NCBI GenBank assembly: GCA_038087875.1
Contig: CM075990.1
Coordinates: 10,542,001 to 10,606,000 of the forward strand
Source of the DNA: Malacoraja senta
Lineage: Eukaryota
DNA: 64,000 nucleotides
Reading direction: 5' to 3'
Made by a program: the position numbers and the translations under genes. Each line of letters begins with the position of its first letter. The first letter of the stretch is position 1. The notes beneath the pieces are model-generated. The model ran no database searches and was not told the origin of the DNA. It saw only the letters and a list, made by a program, of their open reading frames with translations. Shown here in pieces: positions 40,315-53,303 of the stretch.

Positions 40315-42925
40315 ATAATTTATTTATTTATTTAAATATTTAATACTTTATTTTGAACAGAATAAAAGAATAAAAATGCAAGTGTGAAACAGCATACAAA
40401 AAACAAAAAAACAAAACAAGAATATTTATAAAGTGTCATAAACAATATCTATAAATAAATGAAATCATATGTGTCCGAAAAGGAGCAGGAAGAAGCCAAA
40501 GCTTATTAATTCCCACCCCTTATTCAAATGCTTATAATTATCTTATACAAATTTAGCAGCTATATGTACACCATATGTACACCAGCAGCTATATGTACAC
40601 CAAATTATTTACATTTATACACTAATCAAATATTTACAGCCATACAAAAAAAGAGAGAGAAAAGAAAAGAAAAAAAGAAAAAAAGAAAAAACCCTCATAT
40701 ACGATACAGTATCTCTTAGTCATATATACAACCCATCACCCTATAATCACCCTTCCCAATATAATCAGTATAACAAATATCCCACTCACAATCACCTATC
40801 CTCATCCCAATATCCTTTTAAAAAAGTGTTTTTGTACATCTTTTTAAACTGAATTATGTTTGTGCTAAGTTTTATCTCCTGTTCCAGACCATTCCACAAA
40901 TTCACCCCACAGATTGCTATGCACATACTTTTAAGTTGTTCTGACATTGAGTTTTTTAAATTATGTTCCCCTCTCAAATTATACCCACCCTGTCTTTCCA
41001 TAAACAATTTTTGTATATTTCCTGGAAGTAAATTATTTCTTGCTTTGTACATGATGTGTGCAGTCTTAAATTTAACTAGATCGGTGAACTTCAGTGTATG
41101 TAACTTTAAGAATAATAAATTGGTATGTTCAAGATATCCAATGTTATTGATAATTCTTATTGCTCTTTTTTGTAATGTGCATAACAGCTGTAGGTTGGTT
41201 TTGTAGGTGTTATCCCATATCTCCACACAGTAACTCAGATATGGCAATATGAGTATATTATACAGAGTATGTAATGATTTGTGGTCCAGAATGTGTCTTG
41301 ATTTTCCCAATATTGCTATAGACTTTGCCAGTTTTGCTTTGACATGGTTTATATGTGGTTTCCAGCAGATTTTGTGGTCACACCAAGAAATTTATTTTCA
41401 TATACTCTTTCTATACTTATGTTATCTATTTTCAATTGTACTTGAGGGTTTGTTTTATGTTTTCCAAATAGCATAATCTTTGTTTTGCTTAAATTTAGAG
41501 ACAATTTGTTGACATCAAACCACTGTTTTAATTTATTCATTTCTGATGTGATGACTTCCAAAAGCTGCTTCAAATTGTCACCGGAACAAAAAATATTCAT
41601 ATCATTGGCAAATATAATCAATTTCAGTATATTTGATACTCTGCATATGTCGTTAATGTATATTATGAAAAGCTTTGGACCTAACACAGACCCTTGAGGT
41701 ACTCCACAAGTTATGTTCATGTAAGTTGATTTATGTTCACCTATTTCTACAAATTGTTGCCTGTTTCTTAAATAGCTTCTCACCCAATCCAATCCAACCC
41801 CTCTGATGCCATACCTATCCAGTTTCATGAGTAAAATGTCGTGATTTACGGTATCAAATGCTTTTTTTATGTCTATGAATATTCCCACTGCAAGTTTTTT
41901 ATGCATTTTGTGTTTCCTCGATTAGTTCCATTAGTGCCAAAGATGTTGATCTGTCTGTCCGGAAGCCATATTGACTGTCGATCAAAAACTTATGTTTTTC
42001 AATGAAATTGTCAAGTCTTTCTGTTAAAAGTTTTTCAAGGATCTTGGAGAATTGGGAGAGTAAAGAAACAGGCCTGTAATTTGTGAAATGGTGTCTATCC
42101 CCAGTTTTATATAATGGTATTACTTTTGCTATTTTCATTTTGTTTGGAAATTTACCGGATTGAAAAGACAAGTTACAGATATGAGTTAATGGTTCTGCAA
42201 TTTCTTCAATAACGTTTTTTATTATAATCATATCAATATCATTCCAATCAGTAGAGGATTTGCTTTTACATTTTCTTACAGTGTCTATGATTTCTTTTCC
42301 TTCAACTGCTCTAAGGAAGATAGAGCTAGTATTTCTATCCCAAAGATCAGTATCCGCCCCTTCTTTTGTTTCTGGGTCATTAATTTTTTCTGCCAAATCT
42401 GGTCCCACATTTACAAAGAATTTGTTAAAACCCTTAACCGCATCATCCATATTATTTATTGTCTTGTCTTCCTCAATAAAATACTCAGGGTAGCCTGTAT
42501 TTTTTTATCCATTTCTAATAATACTATTTAGCATGTTCTATAAACCTTTCATATTGTTTTTATTATTCTCTAATATTTTATTATAGTATTCTTTCTTACA
42601 TATCCTCATAATATTGGTTAATTTATTCTTATATTTTTTATACTTATTTTCTGCTTCTGAAGTTCGATATTCTATGAATTGTCTATATAGTGTGTTTTTC
42701 TTTTTACAGGCATTTTTTAAACCCTTAGTGATCCATGGACTATTTGTTTGTTTTTGTCTATCACTATATCGTTTCATAGGACAGTTTTTGTCATAAAGTG
42801 ATTTAAAAATATTTAGAAATCCATTGTATGCTTTGTCGACATCTTCACCCTCATATACTACCCTCCAATTCTGTTTCAGTAATTCATTCTTAAATGCATT
42901 ACTGTCCTGACATTTACATAATAAA
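40315..42925 (-). mobile_element. L2-group (Crack/Daphne-like) LINE, 5'-truncated and frameshifted
   Basis: PWITKGL, NYRPVSLLSQFSKILEK, FIDIKKAFDTVNH, GVPQGSVLGP in ORFs 42538..43002, 41899..42450, 41349..41906, 40792..41310; (TAAA)n tail at ~40320. Confidence 0.9.
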
Positions 42926-43189
42926 TTACTGACATTTACATAATAAATGTCCCTGTAATTTGTCTCTTTTAAAACATAAACTAAATTGACATGATAAGAC
43001 ATATTTGTGATATTGCCAAAGAATTAAACCTGAACTGATAGAATTATAGAGCAAAGGATACCAGCACAATGGTGCAGCTGGTAGAGCTGCTGCCAGACCT
43101 GGGTTCACAGCACCAGAGACCTGGCTTCGATCCTGACCACAGATGCCATCTATGTGGAGTTTGCAGCTTATTATCGGCTATGATAGTTA

Positions 43190-43845
43190 CAAATGTGACC
43201 CTGTGGCCACTGTTAAAAATGCCAACTCTATAGCCGTCCAATTGAAAGAATACACTATATGTGGCTGTAGCAACAACTGTGTTAAAATTGTGTGGTGCTA
43301 CAGCAGGCTGAGCTCCCTAAGTGGTAGCTGTTGGCCGCGGCTATTTTTAAAACTCACCTGCTGCTGGAAATCCCCTGCAGTAACACAACCGCATTTTATG
43401 AATGAAAACTCCTTACAGAGCCTCACGCTGTCTAACCCTGGCTGCCTGCTCCCGATGGAGCTCTAATGTCGGCAGCCTCTCTTATTAGGGCTGTCTGCTG
43501 AAGACTATAATGGCAACAGCTGTAAACCCAGCTTCTAAAGAGCCTACCGGTCTCTCAAACTGGGTCGTCCCCTGCCGTGCAGACTAACGACAGCTGCTGC
43601 ATGAAGCCCTATAACTACAGCCGCCTGCTCACGTTGGAGACTGCGGTGAAAATATATTACCTACGCTAGCTCCAGTGGAGCTTCCAAGCTACTTTTTGGG
43701 GGGCCTGCTAAAGAACGGCCCGAAGAAGATTGACTTACCTTGCAGAGCAGTGAGACTGCTCCGCTCGCGCCAAGCGCTAGACGTATTGACGTGCATGCGG
43801 TCTGGCGGGCTTCTTCACGTAATCACTCACGTGACTTCGAAATAA
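43190..43845 (-). mobile_element. Probable DIRS-like element terminal/5' region
   Basis: CpG-rich block beginning TTTCGAAGTCACGTGAGTGATTACGTGAAG with a GTAAGT donor; family assignment from recalled similarity only. Confidence 0.4.
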
Positions 43846-43959
43846 AATCAGAGACTTCATAATGGAATGGATGGATGTAGTCAACATTTTAGCAAGTGCT
43901 CACCACAGAAATCCACATGTTTCTACACTCTGGTGTAAACTTAGATTTGCATCATGTCA

Positions 43960-44650
43960 GTTCCCTTGAGAAGGAGCATCCCCTCCTTCCCCAAGAACAA
44001 AAGGGTCTTCCTTCTGTCCAGTTGCCCTTTCTGTAGGTACTTGTAGCCTTTGCCTGGAAGACACCAAGGAAATGATTTATTATGGTCATCCAATGTTATC
44101 TTAAATTAGTGGATCTTTTTATGAATTTATAACTGTGAACTATTGTGGGTGATTGGGAAGTGGTGTGGGGCTGTAAGTGTTTGTGCATGAAGTTTGGTTG
44201 GTTTTTATCTGAAGTTAGTAGCATGCAAGAGAGTGTGGGAGGGTGGAAATGTGTTTTGCTGCATATGGGCAGCTGAGTAGGGAGGCTGTGTCTATTTGGG
44301 GGAGTAAAGGTGGCAGAGCGCCAGAGTATGTTTGGGTGCAGCAGCTGCAGACAATGTCCTTGACAGGAAGCACTGGAATTCTTACCTTCTGACATCTTGA
44401 GAGTTCAGAGTACTTTTGTTGGCATTGCTCCAAGCTCCTCAGACCATCAGTCCTGCAGGACATCACGTCCACAATCTTGTACCATCCTGTAGCTCTTGAG
44501 TGCCCCATGGCCCTATGGTGAAGCATATCCCTCTCCAGGTAGGGATATCTGCAACCAGTATCTCAATTTAAAATTGTGTACAGTAGAAAGAATTGCTGCC
44601 GCTCTCTCTGCACAAAAGACATGGTATCTGATGCTGCTCAAGGGTTGCCA
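43960..44650 (-). pseudogene. Decayed two-exon Myb/SANT-like ORF of PIF/Harbinger type
   Basis: EILVAD/..RDML..GWYKIVDVMS...RSLEQCQQKYSELSRCQK|gtaag (donor at 44385), ttccag| (acceptor at 44054) AKATSTYRKGNWTEGRP (cf. ..TGGGP); one stop and one frameshift. Confidence 0.6.
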
Positions 44651-46324
44651 TGGAGTGTTTCTTTGAGGGCTGAAGCTGCATTACCAGTAGCTGCTAGAAA
44701 TACACAAAGGAAACATTGTGAATGACACTTCATTGGCAGAAGGAAAAAAAACACATTCTATTATAAAATTACTTATTTAGCTAATTTGCAAAACTAATGC
44801 TGAAGGAAAGTGTGATGTGATTAAATGGCTAGGCAATCAATCAAAAATATGATTTTTAGGTAATAGTTGTCTGGCTTCAGAAAGAGTCAAAGACGACAAG
44901 GCGTATAACCAAATGAAAAAAGCTTAAATATTTGCGGCAATCTGTAAATTGTACATAACAACATTTTTGCTCACAGCCTCATCTTATAAATTCAATTTCC
45001 AGATTTCTTAGGTTTCAGCAGGTCAATGACATCTAGCCTTTTTACACCTTTAGATGCAGCTAAAGTAAATAGTGTCAGCACTTAACTTTGAGGCACAAAT
45101 CCCATTTCAAAGAGGGCATAATTTTGACTAATATCAAGTACACTATTGAGTGAATATTGCATTGACCTTCAATTGATGCATTAAACTGAAACCCTATCTG
45201 CACTCCCAAGTAAATTTGAAGGTCACATTACATTATTTCAAAGAGCCAGGGACTCTCAACTATACAATGGAGACACTGGAAATGCTGGATCTCTGAGCAA
45301 AAAAAACAAAGCACCAGAGGAACTCATGTCTAAAGAAGAGTCTTGACCAAAAATGTATCTGCCATTCCCTTCACAAACGCTGCCTGACCAATTGAGTTCC
45401 TTTTACTTTCAATCCTACCTTTGTTTATCTTGGTATTCATCCAGCATCACTAAACATAAAGAACACATGTCTAGTCATTATTTCATTCCTAGAAATTATT
45501 ATGCATAAATCTGTTATCATATTTCCTACAATATAATAATAATAATTACAGTTACAAATTACTTAATCAGTTCCAAAGTTTCTTGAGATCCTGAGATTGT
45601 TAAAACCACTATATAAATGCAGGTTTTTTAACATGCATTTGTAATCTTTATCTTCTTCCCTCTTGGTTCTCTTTGCATTCTGATATATCCTGCCAATAAA
45701 AGAAACACAAACATTGCAGTATATAAGAAGGAACTGCAGATGCTGGAAAATCGAAGGTACACAAAAATGCTGGAAAAACTCAGCGGGTGCAGCAGCATCT
45801 ATGGAGCGAAGTGTATGTTTATTGTATTGTATTATATCTATTGTAGTGTATGTTTGGAGGACTGAGCTTTGTGGGCTCATTGGTGATCTACAATATGTAA
45901 ATTTGAAAGGGCTATTATTTTGAGGCAAATCGATTAACAGATTCACTAACAGATATAGATAGCAGGATTTTCAGTCAGGTAATGAATGGCTGATTGAATT
46001 AGGTCATCTTTGAAGAAATGCCTGGAGCACTCTACCTATTTATGCATTTGCCACAGTAACCATCTTCAATCTTTAATTTGTAAATTGATTGTGAATGAGA
46101 CAATAAACACATTATTCACTGTTCTGATTGTCTTTAATTGCATGCAACCTACTGCAGAAGATACTGGAGATCCAGCCCCGTTTTTTTTAGAATGATTGTG
46201 AACCCTTACTGTTGTTCTTGGTTTTAAAAGGGTGACTAATGATGTCGCAACAGATCGGAACAGTGTTTTAACATTTCCATTAAAAAGGGAGTCTCATTGT
46301 TTGCACCCTTACCTTTTGTTAAAA

Positions 46325-48275
46325 TAATAGTAATAGTAATAGTAATAGTACACTTTATTGTCAATTCAAATAATGCAACTAGTTACACAGAGGATTGAAA
46401 TTGCGTTTCCCCATACTCCAATGTGCAAGTAATATTTATAACACAGACAGACAATATACAAATAAAAATAGACAATGGACATATACATTATATAAAATAT
46501 TCATTAATAAAAGGTGCAATATAGAAAAGTGCAAATAGCATACTGCAGACATTGAGTTAATGTTAATTTGACAGTCAGTTGGTCTTTGTTTGTGTAATGT
46601 TCATGGAATTTTCTTGAATGTGTTGAGTAGTCTGATGGCCAGAGGGAAAAAGCTGTTTTTGAATCTGGTGGTTTTGCTCATCATGCTGCGGTAGCGCTTG
46701 CCGGATGGTAGGAGGGTGAACAGTTTGTGTGCTGGGTGGGTGGTGTCTTTGATGATATTGGTTGCTCTCGTGCGACAGCGAGTTGGGTATAAGTCCTGGA
46801 TTGCTAGTTGGGGTGATCTAGTGATCTTCTCCGCTGTCCTCACCACTCTCTGTAGGGCCTTCTGGTCAGCAGCAGAGCAACTGCCATACCAGACTGAGAG
46901 ACTGCTGGTAAGAATGCTCTCAATGGCACCCCTGTAAAAAGTTGTGAGGGCAGAAGGGGGGAGGTCGGCTCTCCTCATCCGTCGAAGGAAGTGGAGGCGT
47001 TGCTGTGCTTTCTTGACTAGGGAGATGGTGTTGGTGGACCATGTCTGATCATCTGTGATGTGTACTCCCAGGAACTTGGTGCTTTTCACAGACTCCACTG
47101 CACTGCCATTTATGGTGAGTGGGGTGTGTGCTGTCTGTTTCTTCCTGAAGTCCACAGTTATTTATTTTGTTTTATTGACATTGAGTTGAAGGTTATTGAT
47201 GTCACACCAGTTGATGAGTTGTTGTACCTCCTCTCTGTAGGCTGAGTCGTCATCGTGGCTGATGAGGCCCACCACTGTTGTGTCATCTGCGAACTTGATG
47301 ATGTGGTTCGAGTTGTGTTTGGCACAACAGTCATGTGTCATCAGCGTGAACAACAGAGGGCTCAGCACACATCCCTGTGGGACCCCGGTGTTCATGATGG
47401 TGGTCTCTGATGAGTTTTTGCCAACTCTTACTGTCTGTGGTCTGTCGGTGAGGAAGTCCAGTAACCAGTTGCATAGTGGGGTGCTGATGCCTATTTCGCC
47501 GAGTTTATTCACCAGGTGTTGGGGGATGACTGTGTTGAAGGCGGAGCTGAAATCGATGAACAGCAACCGCACGTAACTGTTATTGTTTTCCAGATGAGCC
47601 AGGCTTAGGTGGAGTGCTGTTGCTATGGCATCATCAGTGGAACGGTTGGGACGGTATGCAAACTGGAATGGGTCAAGTGTAGAGGGGAGACTGGATGTTA
47701 TGTGGGCCTTAACCAACCTTTCAAAGCACTTCATCATGATGGACGTGAGTGCTATGGGCCGGTAGTCGTTCAGTGTTGAGGCTGGGGATTTCTTGGGTAG
47801 CGGTATGATGGTGGTGGCTTTGAAGCATGCTGGTATGATGGCTTGGCTCAGAGAGGTGTTGTAGATGTCCGTGAGAACATCTGTGAGTTGGTCAGCACAG
47901 TCTCTGAGCACACGCTGTCAGGACCTGCAGCTTTTCTGGGGTTCACCTTGAGTAGGGTCCTCCGCACATCAGCTGGGTCCAGGTGAAGTGTTTCATGGTC
48001 TGGGCAGGGAGGGGCTTTTGTTGGTGTGGTGGTGTTGTCTTCCTCAAACCGGTTGAAGAAGGTGTTAAGTGTGTTGAGGAAGTCTATGTTGTCCTCGCAT
48101 GGTGGAGGTGTTGGCCTGTAGCCAGTGACAGACTGGATGCCTTGCCACAGGCGCTTGGGGTCCTTAGTGTCTGTGAAGTGTGCTTGAATTTTCTGTCCAT
48201 AGACACGCTTGGCTGTTCTCACGCCCCGGTTCAAGTTGGCCCTAGCAGTACTAAGGGCGTCTTTGTCCCCGGACT
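46325..48275 (-). mobile_element. Rex1/Babar LINE, 5'-truncated
   Basis: ORFs 47848..48333, 47162..47911, 46601..47155 with [37 protein letters not shown]; (TACTAT)n tail ~46330. Confidence 0.93.
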
Positions 48276-48747
48276 TGTTGGGTAGCACACAATTAATCAA
48301 ACATTTATAACAATTTATGATCAACATTATCATCCTTTTAACACCTGCTTTTCAGTGCCTTTTGTTTGGATTAACATTACCCAGGTTGCTTCTGCAAATA
48401 TTCCCTTGAAGTTCTCCATTATATTAATTCAGGCTCTTGCATGTTCCAAATGAATTCTCCAGATATCTTTAGTGGTTCTATTAAGAATTTTTAATATGTG
48501 GAGAGCATGAAACTCGATATAAAATAAATGAATGTCTTTGCAGATTATAACTCAATAAAATTGCATGGCCATGCAATGTTCTGAGATTTTCACTGACATT
48601 GTTACACATTAGCCACGTAGGATGAACTCTTTTGATGTATGAAATCTATGAAATAATTCGTTTAGCATTGTCACGTATTACAAGCAACAGTTTTTGTTGA
48701 AAGCTTTTGTTGTGTGCTACCCAGTCAGCAGAAAGACTATACACCGC

Positions 48748-49060
48748 GGTCAAAGTGGCGCAGCGGTCGAGTTGCTGCCTTACAGCGAATGCAGCGCCGG
48801 AGACCCGGGTTTGATCCCGACTACGGGTGCTGTCTGTATGGAGTTCGTACGTTCTCCCCGTGACCTGCATGGGTTTTCTCTGAGATCTTAGGTTTCCTCC
48901 CACACTCCAAAGACGTAATGATTTGTAGGTTAATTGGCTTGGGAAATGTAAAAAGTGTCCCCAGTGGGTGTAGGATAGTGTTAATGTGCACGGATCGCTG
49001 GTTGGCGCGGACCCGGTGGGCCGAAGGGCCTGTTTCCACGCTGTATCTCTAAACTAAACT
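48748..49060 (+). mobile_element. tRNA-type SINE nested in a Rex1-type 3' end
   Basis: A box GTGGCGCAGCGG, B box GGTTTGATCCC, CR1-like 3' stem GGGCCGAAGGGCC, (CTAAA)n tail. Confidence 0.88.
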
Positions 49061-49074
49061 AAGCTAAAAACTAA

Positions 49075-49690
49075 ACTATACATCATTACAATCGAGTTCT
49101 CTATGTTGGACAGATACACGATAAAGGGAATAATGTTGACTGCAATATAAAGTCCAGTGAATTCCAAGTAAAGATAGTCTGAGGGTCTCCAGTGAGGCAG
49201 CTCAGGACCGTTCTCTAGTTGTTGATAGGATAGTTCAATTGCCTGATAACAGCTGGGAAGAAACTGTCCCTGAATCTGGAGGTGTGCATTTTCAGAATTC
49301 TGTACCTTTCGCCTAATGGGAGAAGGGGATGCGACCGGGATGAGACATCCTTCATTATGCTGGTGGTGTTGTTGAGGCAGCATGAAGCGTAAATGGAGTC
49401 AATGGAAGGGAGACTAGTTTGTGTGATGGTCTGGGCTGTGTCCCCAATTCTCTGCAATTTCTTGCAGTCTTGGATGGAGCTGTTCCCAAACCATGCTGTG
49501 ATGCATCCCGATAAAGTACTTTCTACGGTGCATCTGCAGAGGTTGCTGAGAGTTGTCGGGGACATGAGTGCTGACTCCAAATTCCATGAGTTTGGTGATG
49601 AGCTTGGATGGGATAATGATGTTAAAAGCAGAGCTGTAGTCTATGAATAAAAGTCTGACTTAGGTGTCTCTCTTATCCATGTGTTCCAGA
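49075..49690 (-). mobile_element. Rex1-type LINE 3' fragment
   Basis: CTVESTLSGCITAWFGN, RFRDSFFPAVIRQLN. Confidence 0.85.
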
Positions 49691-50019
49691 GATGAATGTA
49701 GATTTTTATTTTATATCTAATGACATTATTTGTGTGTGGCAATGTCTCTCATCCTGTATAAAGGGGCAGAAAGAGACAGTACTGTTGGGAATAACTGGCT
49801 GAAATGCCAGTGGTTCATGCCAAACTACTGGTTCTTCTCTGCATAATTTTCAACAGTGTCAGGATTCTTCTATAAAGATTCAAGCTTGTTTGCTTTTCTT
49901 CACTGGCATTCATTACTAATAGAATCCAATGGTGCAATTGAGCTTGAGCAATCCCTCAGGGTTTAAGCTGAGGAATCAACCTGCTGAACCTTTACCGGGT
50001 TAGATCTGGCACAACATCA

Positions 50020-50386
50020 ATGACTCTTGTCCCGAAAGCAGGGGACAACAATCAACCGCTTGAGGACAGGCGTCGGATGCTATGGAGTAGCGATGAAGAG
50101 GTGGGGCCTCGTGGACAGCGCCTCCCGCAAGTGTGGAGACCCAACACAGACAGTGGAGCACATTGTCACCAGTTTCCCCAAACACCGGCCATCGAATGGC
50201 GAACGAGGTCTGATTGACCTGGACGATGACACGTTGGTCTGGCTCGCCTCAATGGAGCTGAAGGTCTAAAAGACAAAGAAGAAGAAGAAGAAGAAGAAGA
50301 AGAAGAAGAAGAAGAAGAAGAAGAAGAAGAAGAAGAAGAAGCAGAAGAAGAAGAAGAAGAAGCAGAAGCAGAAGCAGAAGCAGAAG

Positions 50387-50418
<32 letters not shown>

Positions 50419-50655
50419 GAAGAAGAAGAAGAAGAAGCAGAAGCAGAAGCAGAAGCAGAAGCAGAAGCAGCAGCAGAAGAAGCAGAAGAAGAGGAGGAGG
50501 AGGAGGAGGAGGAGGAGGAGGAGGAGGAGGTGGAGGAGGAGGAGGAGGAGGTGGAGGAGGAGGAGGAGGAGGAGGAGGAGGAGGAGGAGGAGGAGGAGGA
50601 GGAGGAGGAGGAGGAGGAGGAGAAGAAGAAGAAAAAGAAGAAAAAGAAGAAAAAG
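50020..50655 (+). mobile_element. RTE LINE 3' end with expanded (GAA)n/(GAG)n tail (50277-50655)
   Basis: TINRLRTGVG...KRWG....CG...QTVEHIV zinc-knuckle-like end followed by a purine triplet array. Confidence 0.85.
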
Positions 50656-50859
50656 TCCGTTTAATGGAAAGGAACAGCTGCAAGTGACCGAGGTAAGTGT
50701 CCGATAATTATTTAAAAAAATTAATCAGAGTTACCTCATTCTTAAGTGTTTGTACTTTTATATTTTAATTTTCATTTATATTTTCAATTTCTTACTAATC
50801 TTTGTTTTTTATTGCTTCATTTACTTATAGTGTTTCATTTTGAAATACATTTAAAGTGA

Positions 50860-51580
50860 TAGATAAGTTTGATTGTCAGCATCTGCACAAATTACTGGTT
50901 GGGCCAAACTTAGAATATTGTGTGCAGTTCTGGTCACCACACTATAGGAAGAATATGGTTCAGTGAGAGAGGGTATATAAAAGATTCACAAGAATGTTGC
51001 TTGGATTGGAGGAGTTGAATTATAAGGAGAGATGAGAAGTGTTTTTCTTGGAGTGAAGGAGGCTGAGAAGCGACCTGATAAAGAATATAAAATTAAGAGG
51101 GACATAAATAGGATAGATAGGATAGTATTTTTTCCCAGGGTAGGGGTGTTTAACTGGAGAGCATATTTCATTCGATTAACCAGAGAGTATAAACTAGAGA
51201 GATTAACTAGCGAGATTAACTAATGAAACTAGTTTCATTCACGAGAGACCATAAACTCAAATTTCACTGTACCTTTATTGGAACATGTGACAATTAAATT
51301 GAATCTTGAATCTTATTTCAAAGTAAGAAGCAAAAGATTTAAAGGGGATCTGAGGAGCAGGTTTTTCACATAGAGGATGCTTGATATATGGAAGGAAATG
51401 TCAGAGGAGGTAGTAGAGGCAGGTTTAACTGCAATATTTAAAAGCCATTTGCACAGTACATGGAAAGGAAATGTATAGATGGATATGTGCCAAATGCAAG
51501 CAAATGGGATTCAAAGAGATTGCATCCCAGTGGTGATGGACTAGTTGGGCCTGTTTCTGTGCTGTATAACTTCATGATTC
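50860..51580 (+). mobile_element. Old CR1 3' fragment
   Basis: GAATATTGTGTGCAGTTCTGGTCACCAC and CR1-type 3' UTR. Confidence 0.75.
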
Positions 51581-52456
51581 TCCTTGGCTGGATGTCAAAG
51601 CTTTGTTTAACTGATCCAAGCATGTGATCGTCATTGCTAAGCATTTTACTCATCCAAAATTAAAGACAAAGATTGAAATAAAAGTATCCTCTCTTATCAA
51701 GATAGAGTTTCTCCAGGTTCAATAATTTTACAAAGGTCTTTCATCACCAAAATAGTATCTAATCCTTCTGCACATTACGGTAAGGATTTTAATGGAGCTT
51801 GCTTAGTTTAAACATTTCTGCTTATTTATGTTCTGTTTTGTTAAGTATAAACATTAATCAAAGATACTTACTGTAAGTAATAAAATGGTATTAACTTGTA
51901 AATTACCGCATTGAAATGCAGAAATAGATTTCATCCTATGATACTAATGTTAACAAAAATAAATGAGAACCTTACATGTCAAAATTACTTCTTGTGATGT
52001 ATGCATCTGGTGCAGTAGGAATCTTTGTGACTTAATGATCTACCAAACTTTTCACAGATGTATATTGAACAAGCGTAAGAATTACAATCACTATGAGTAA
52101 ACTATTCCTGTTAAAAATATAATCACAGCCACTTAAGCTGCAAATCAGATAAAACAGATTTAGTGCCTCAGATTACAATATCAACAATACAAAACTAATT
52201 GGCCTAAAATAGAAACACACACTGTAGCACTTTTAATTCCAGCACTAAGTGATTAATAACTTACTTTTCGCAGTATGAAGCAGAGTAATGATCATTCCTT
52301 GGTTGTATTATGTGCATTCAGTTCAGCCAGGCTACTCTCACCCAGGTAGCATTTGCAGGTCCAATGTAACTTCCCTATCAGATGTACTTTATATGATGTC
52401 ATTGTCCCATGCATATTAGATCATCATGGATCACTACTGCAACAATTATATTTTGA

Positions 52457-53303
52457 AGGTAGACAAAAGTGCTGGAGAAACTCAGCGGGTGCGGCAGCAT
52501 CTATGGAGCGAAGGAATAGGCAACGTTTCGGGCCAAAACCCTTCTTCAGACTGATGTTGGGTGGTGGGTGTGGGGGGGCAGGAAGAAGAAAAGAAGTGGA
52601 GGACCCAGAGGGCTGAGGGAGAGCTGAGAAGGGGAGGAGACAGTGAGGGCTACCTGAAATTGGAGGTCAATGTTCATGCCGCTGGGGTGTAAACTGCCCA
52701 AGCCAAATATGAGGTGCTGCTCCTCCAATTTCCAGTGGTCCTCACTCTGGCCATGGAGGAGGCCCAGGACAGAAAGGTCGGATTCGGAATGGGAGGGGGA
52801 GCTGAAGTGCTGAGCCACCTGGAGATCAGGTTGGTTATTGCGGACCGAGCGGAGATGTTCGGCGAAGCGATCGCCAAGCCTACGCTTGGTCTCACTGACG
52901 TAGATCAGCTGACATCTAGAGCAGCGGATGCAAGATGAGGTTGGAGGAGGTGCAGGTGAACCTCTGTCGCACCTGGAACGACTGCTTGGGTCGTTGAATG
53001 GAGTCAAGGGGAGAGGTAAAGCGACAAGTGTAGCATTTCTTGCAGTTGCAATGGAAAGTGCCAGGGGAGGTGGTGGTATGGGTGGGAAGGGACGAATTGA
53101 CCAGGGAGTTACGGAGGGAGCGGTCTTTGCGGAAAGCAGACAGGGGAGGAGATGGGAAGATTTGGCGAGTGGTGGGGTCACGTTGGAGGTGCAGAAAATG
53201 ACAGAGGTTTATTGGTTGAATGTGATGGCTAGTAGGGTGGAAGGTGAGGACTAGGGGGACTCTGCCCTTGTTACGAGTGGGGGAATGGGGAGAGAGAGCA
53301 GTG
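52457..53303 (-). mobile_element. Penelope-like element 3' part with GIY-YIG endonuclease remnant
   Basis: CIRCSRCQLIYVSETKRRLGDRFAEH...VAQHF...LHPSGMN; ends in the hammerhead-bearing terminal sequence. Confidence 0.9.

Larger units (their letters stand above)
39100..48650 (-). pseudogene. L: L7: decayed mononegavirus-like L gene scattered between large TE insertions (may extend ~38100-50000)
   Basis: KLL*MFD*LC (~48300, cf. DLIKMVEPIC); GSPV (~46170, GHP position); LKPK../EI (~45010, F); FSISFAN (~44795, A); SGLIL...FKR...G (~42950-43035, D/E); GGV...LIRGTVEDSFT (40148-40201, cf. LGGV...LIRAFPDPVT); L*YK*W..EIYAVT (~39540-39577, cf. LRYKSW..VIGTT); YV/GSKS (~39400). Confidence 0.68.

Noticed and set aside
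50249..50683. 144-aa poly-Pro/poly-Leu ORF
   Set aside because: Translation of a simple triplet repeat.
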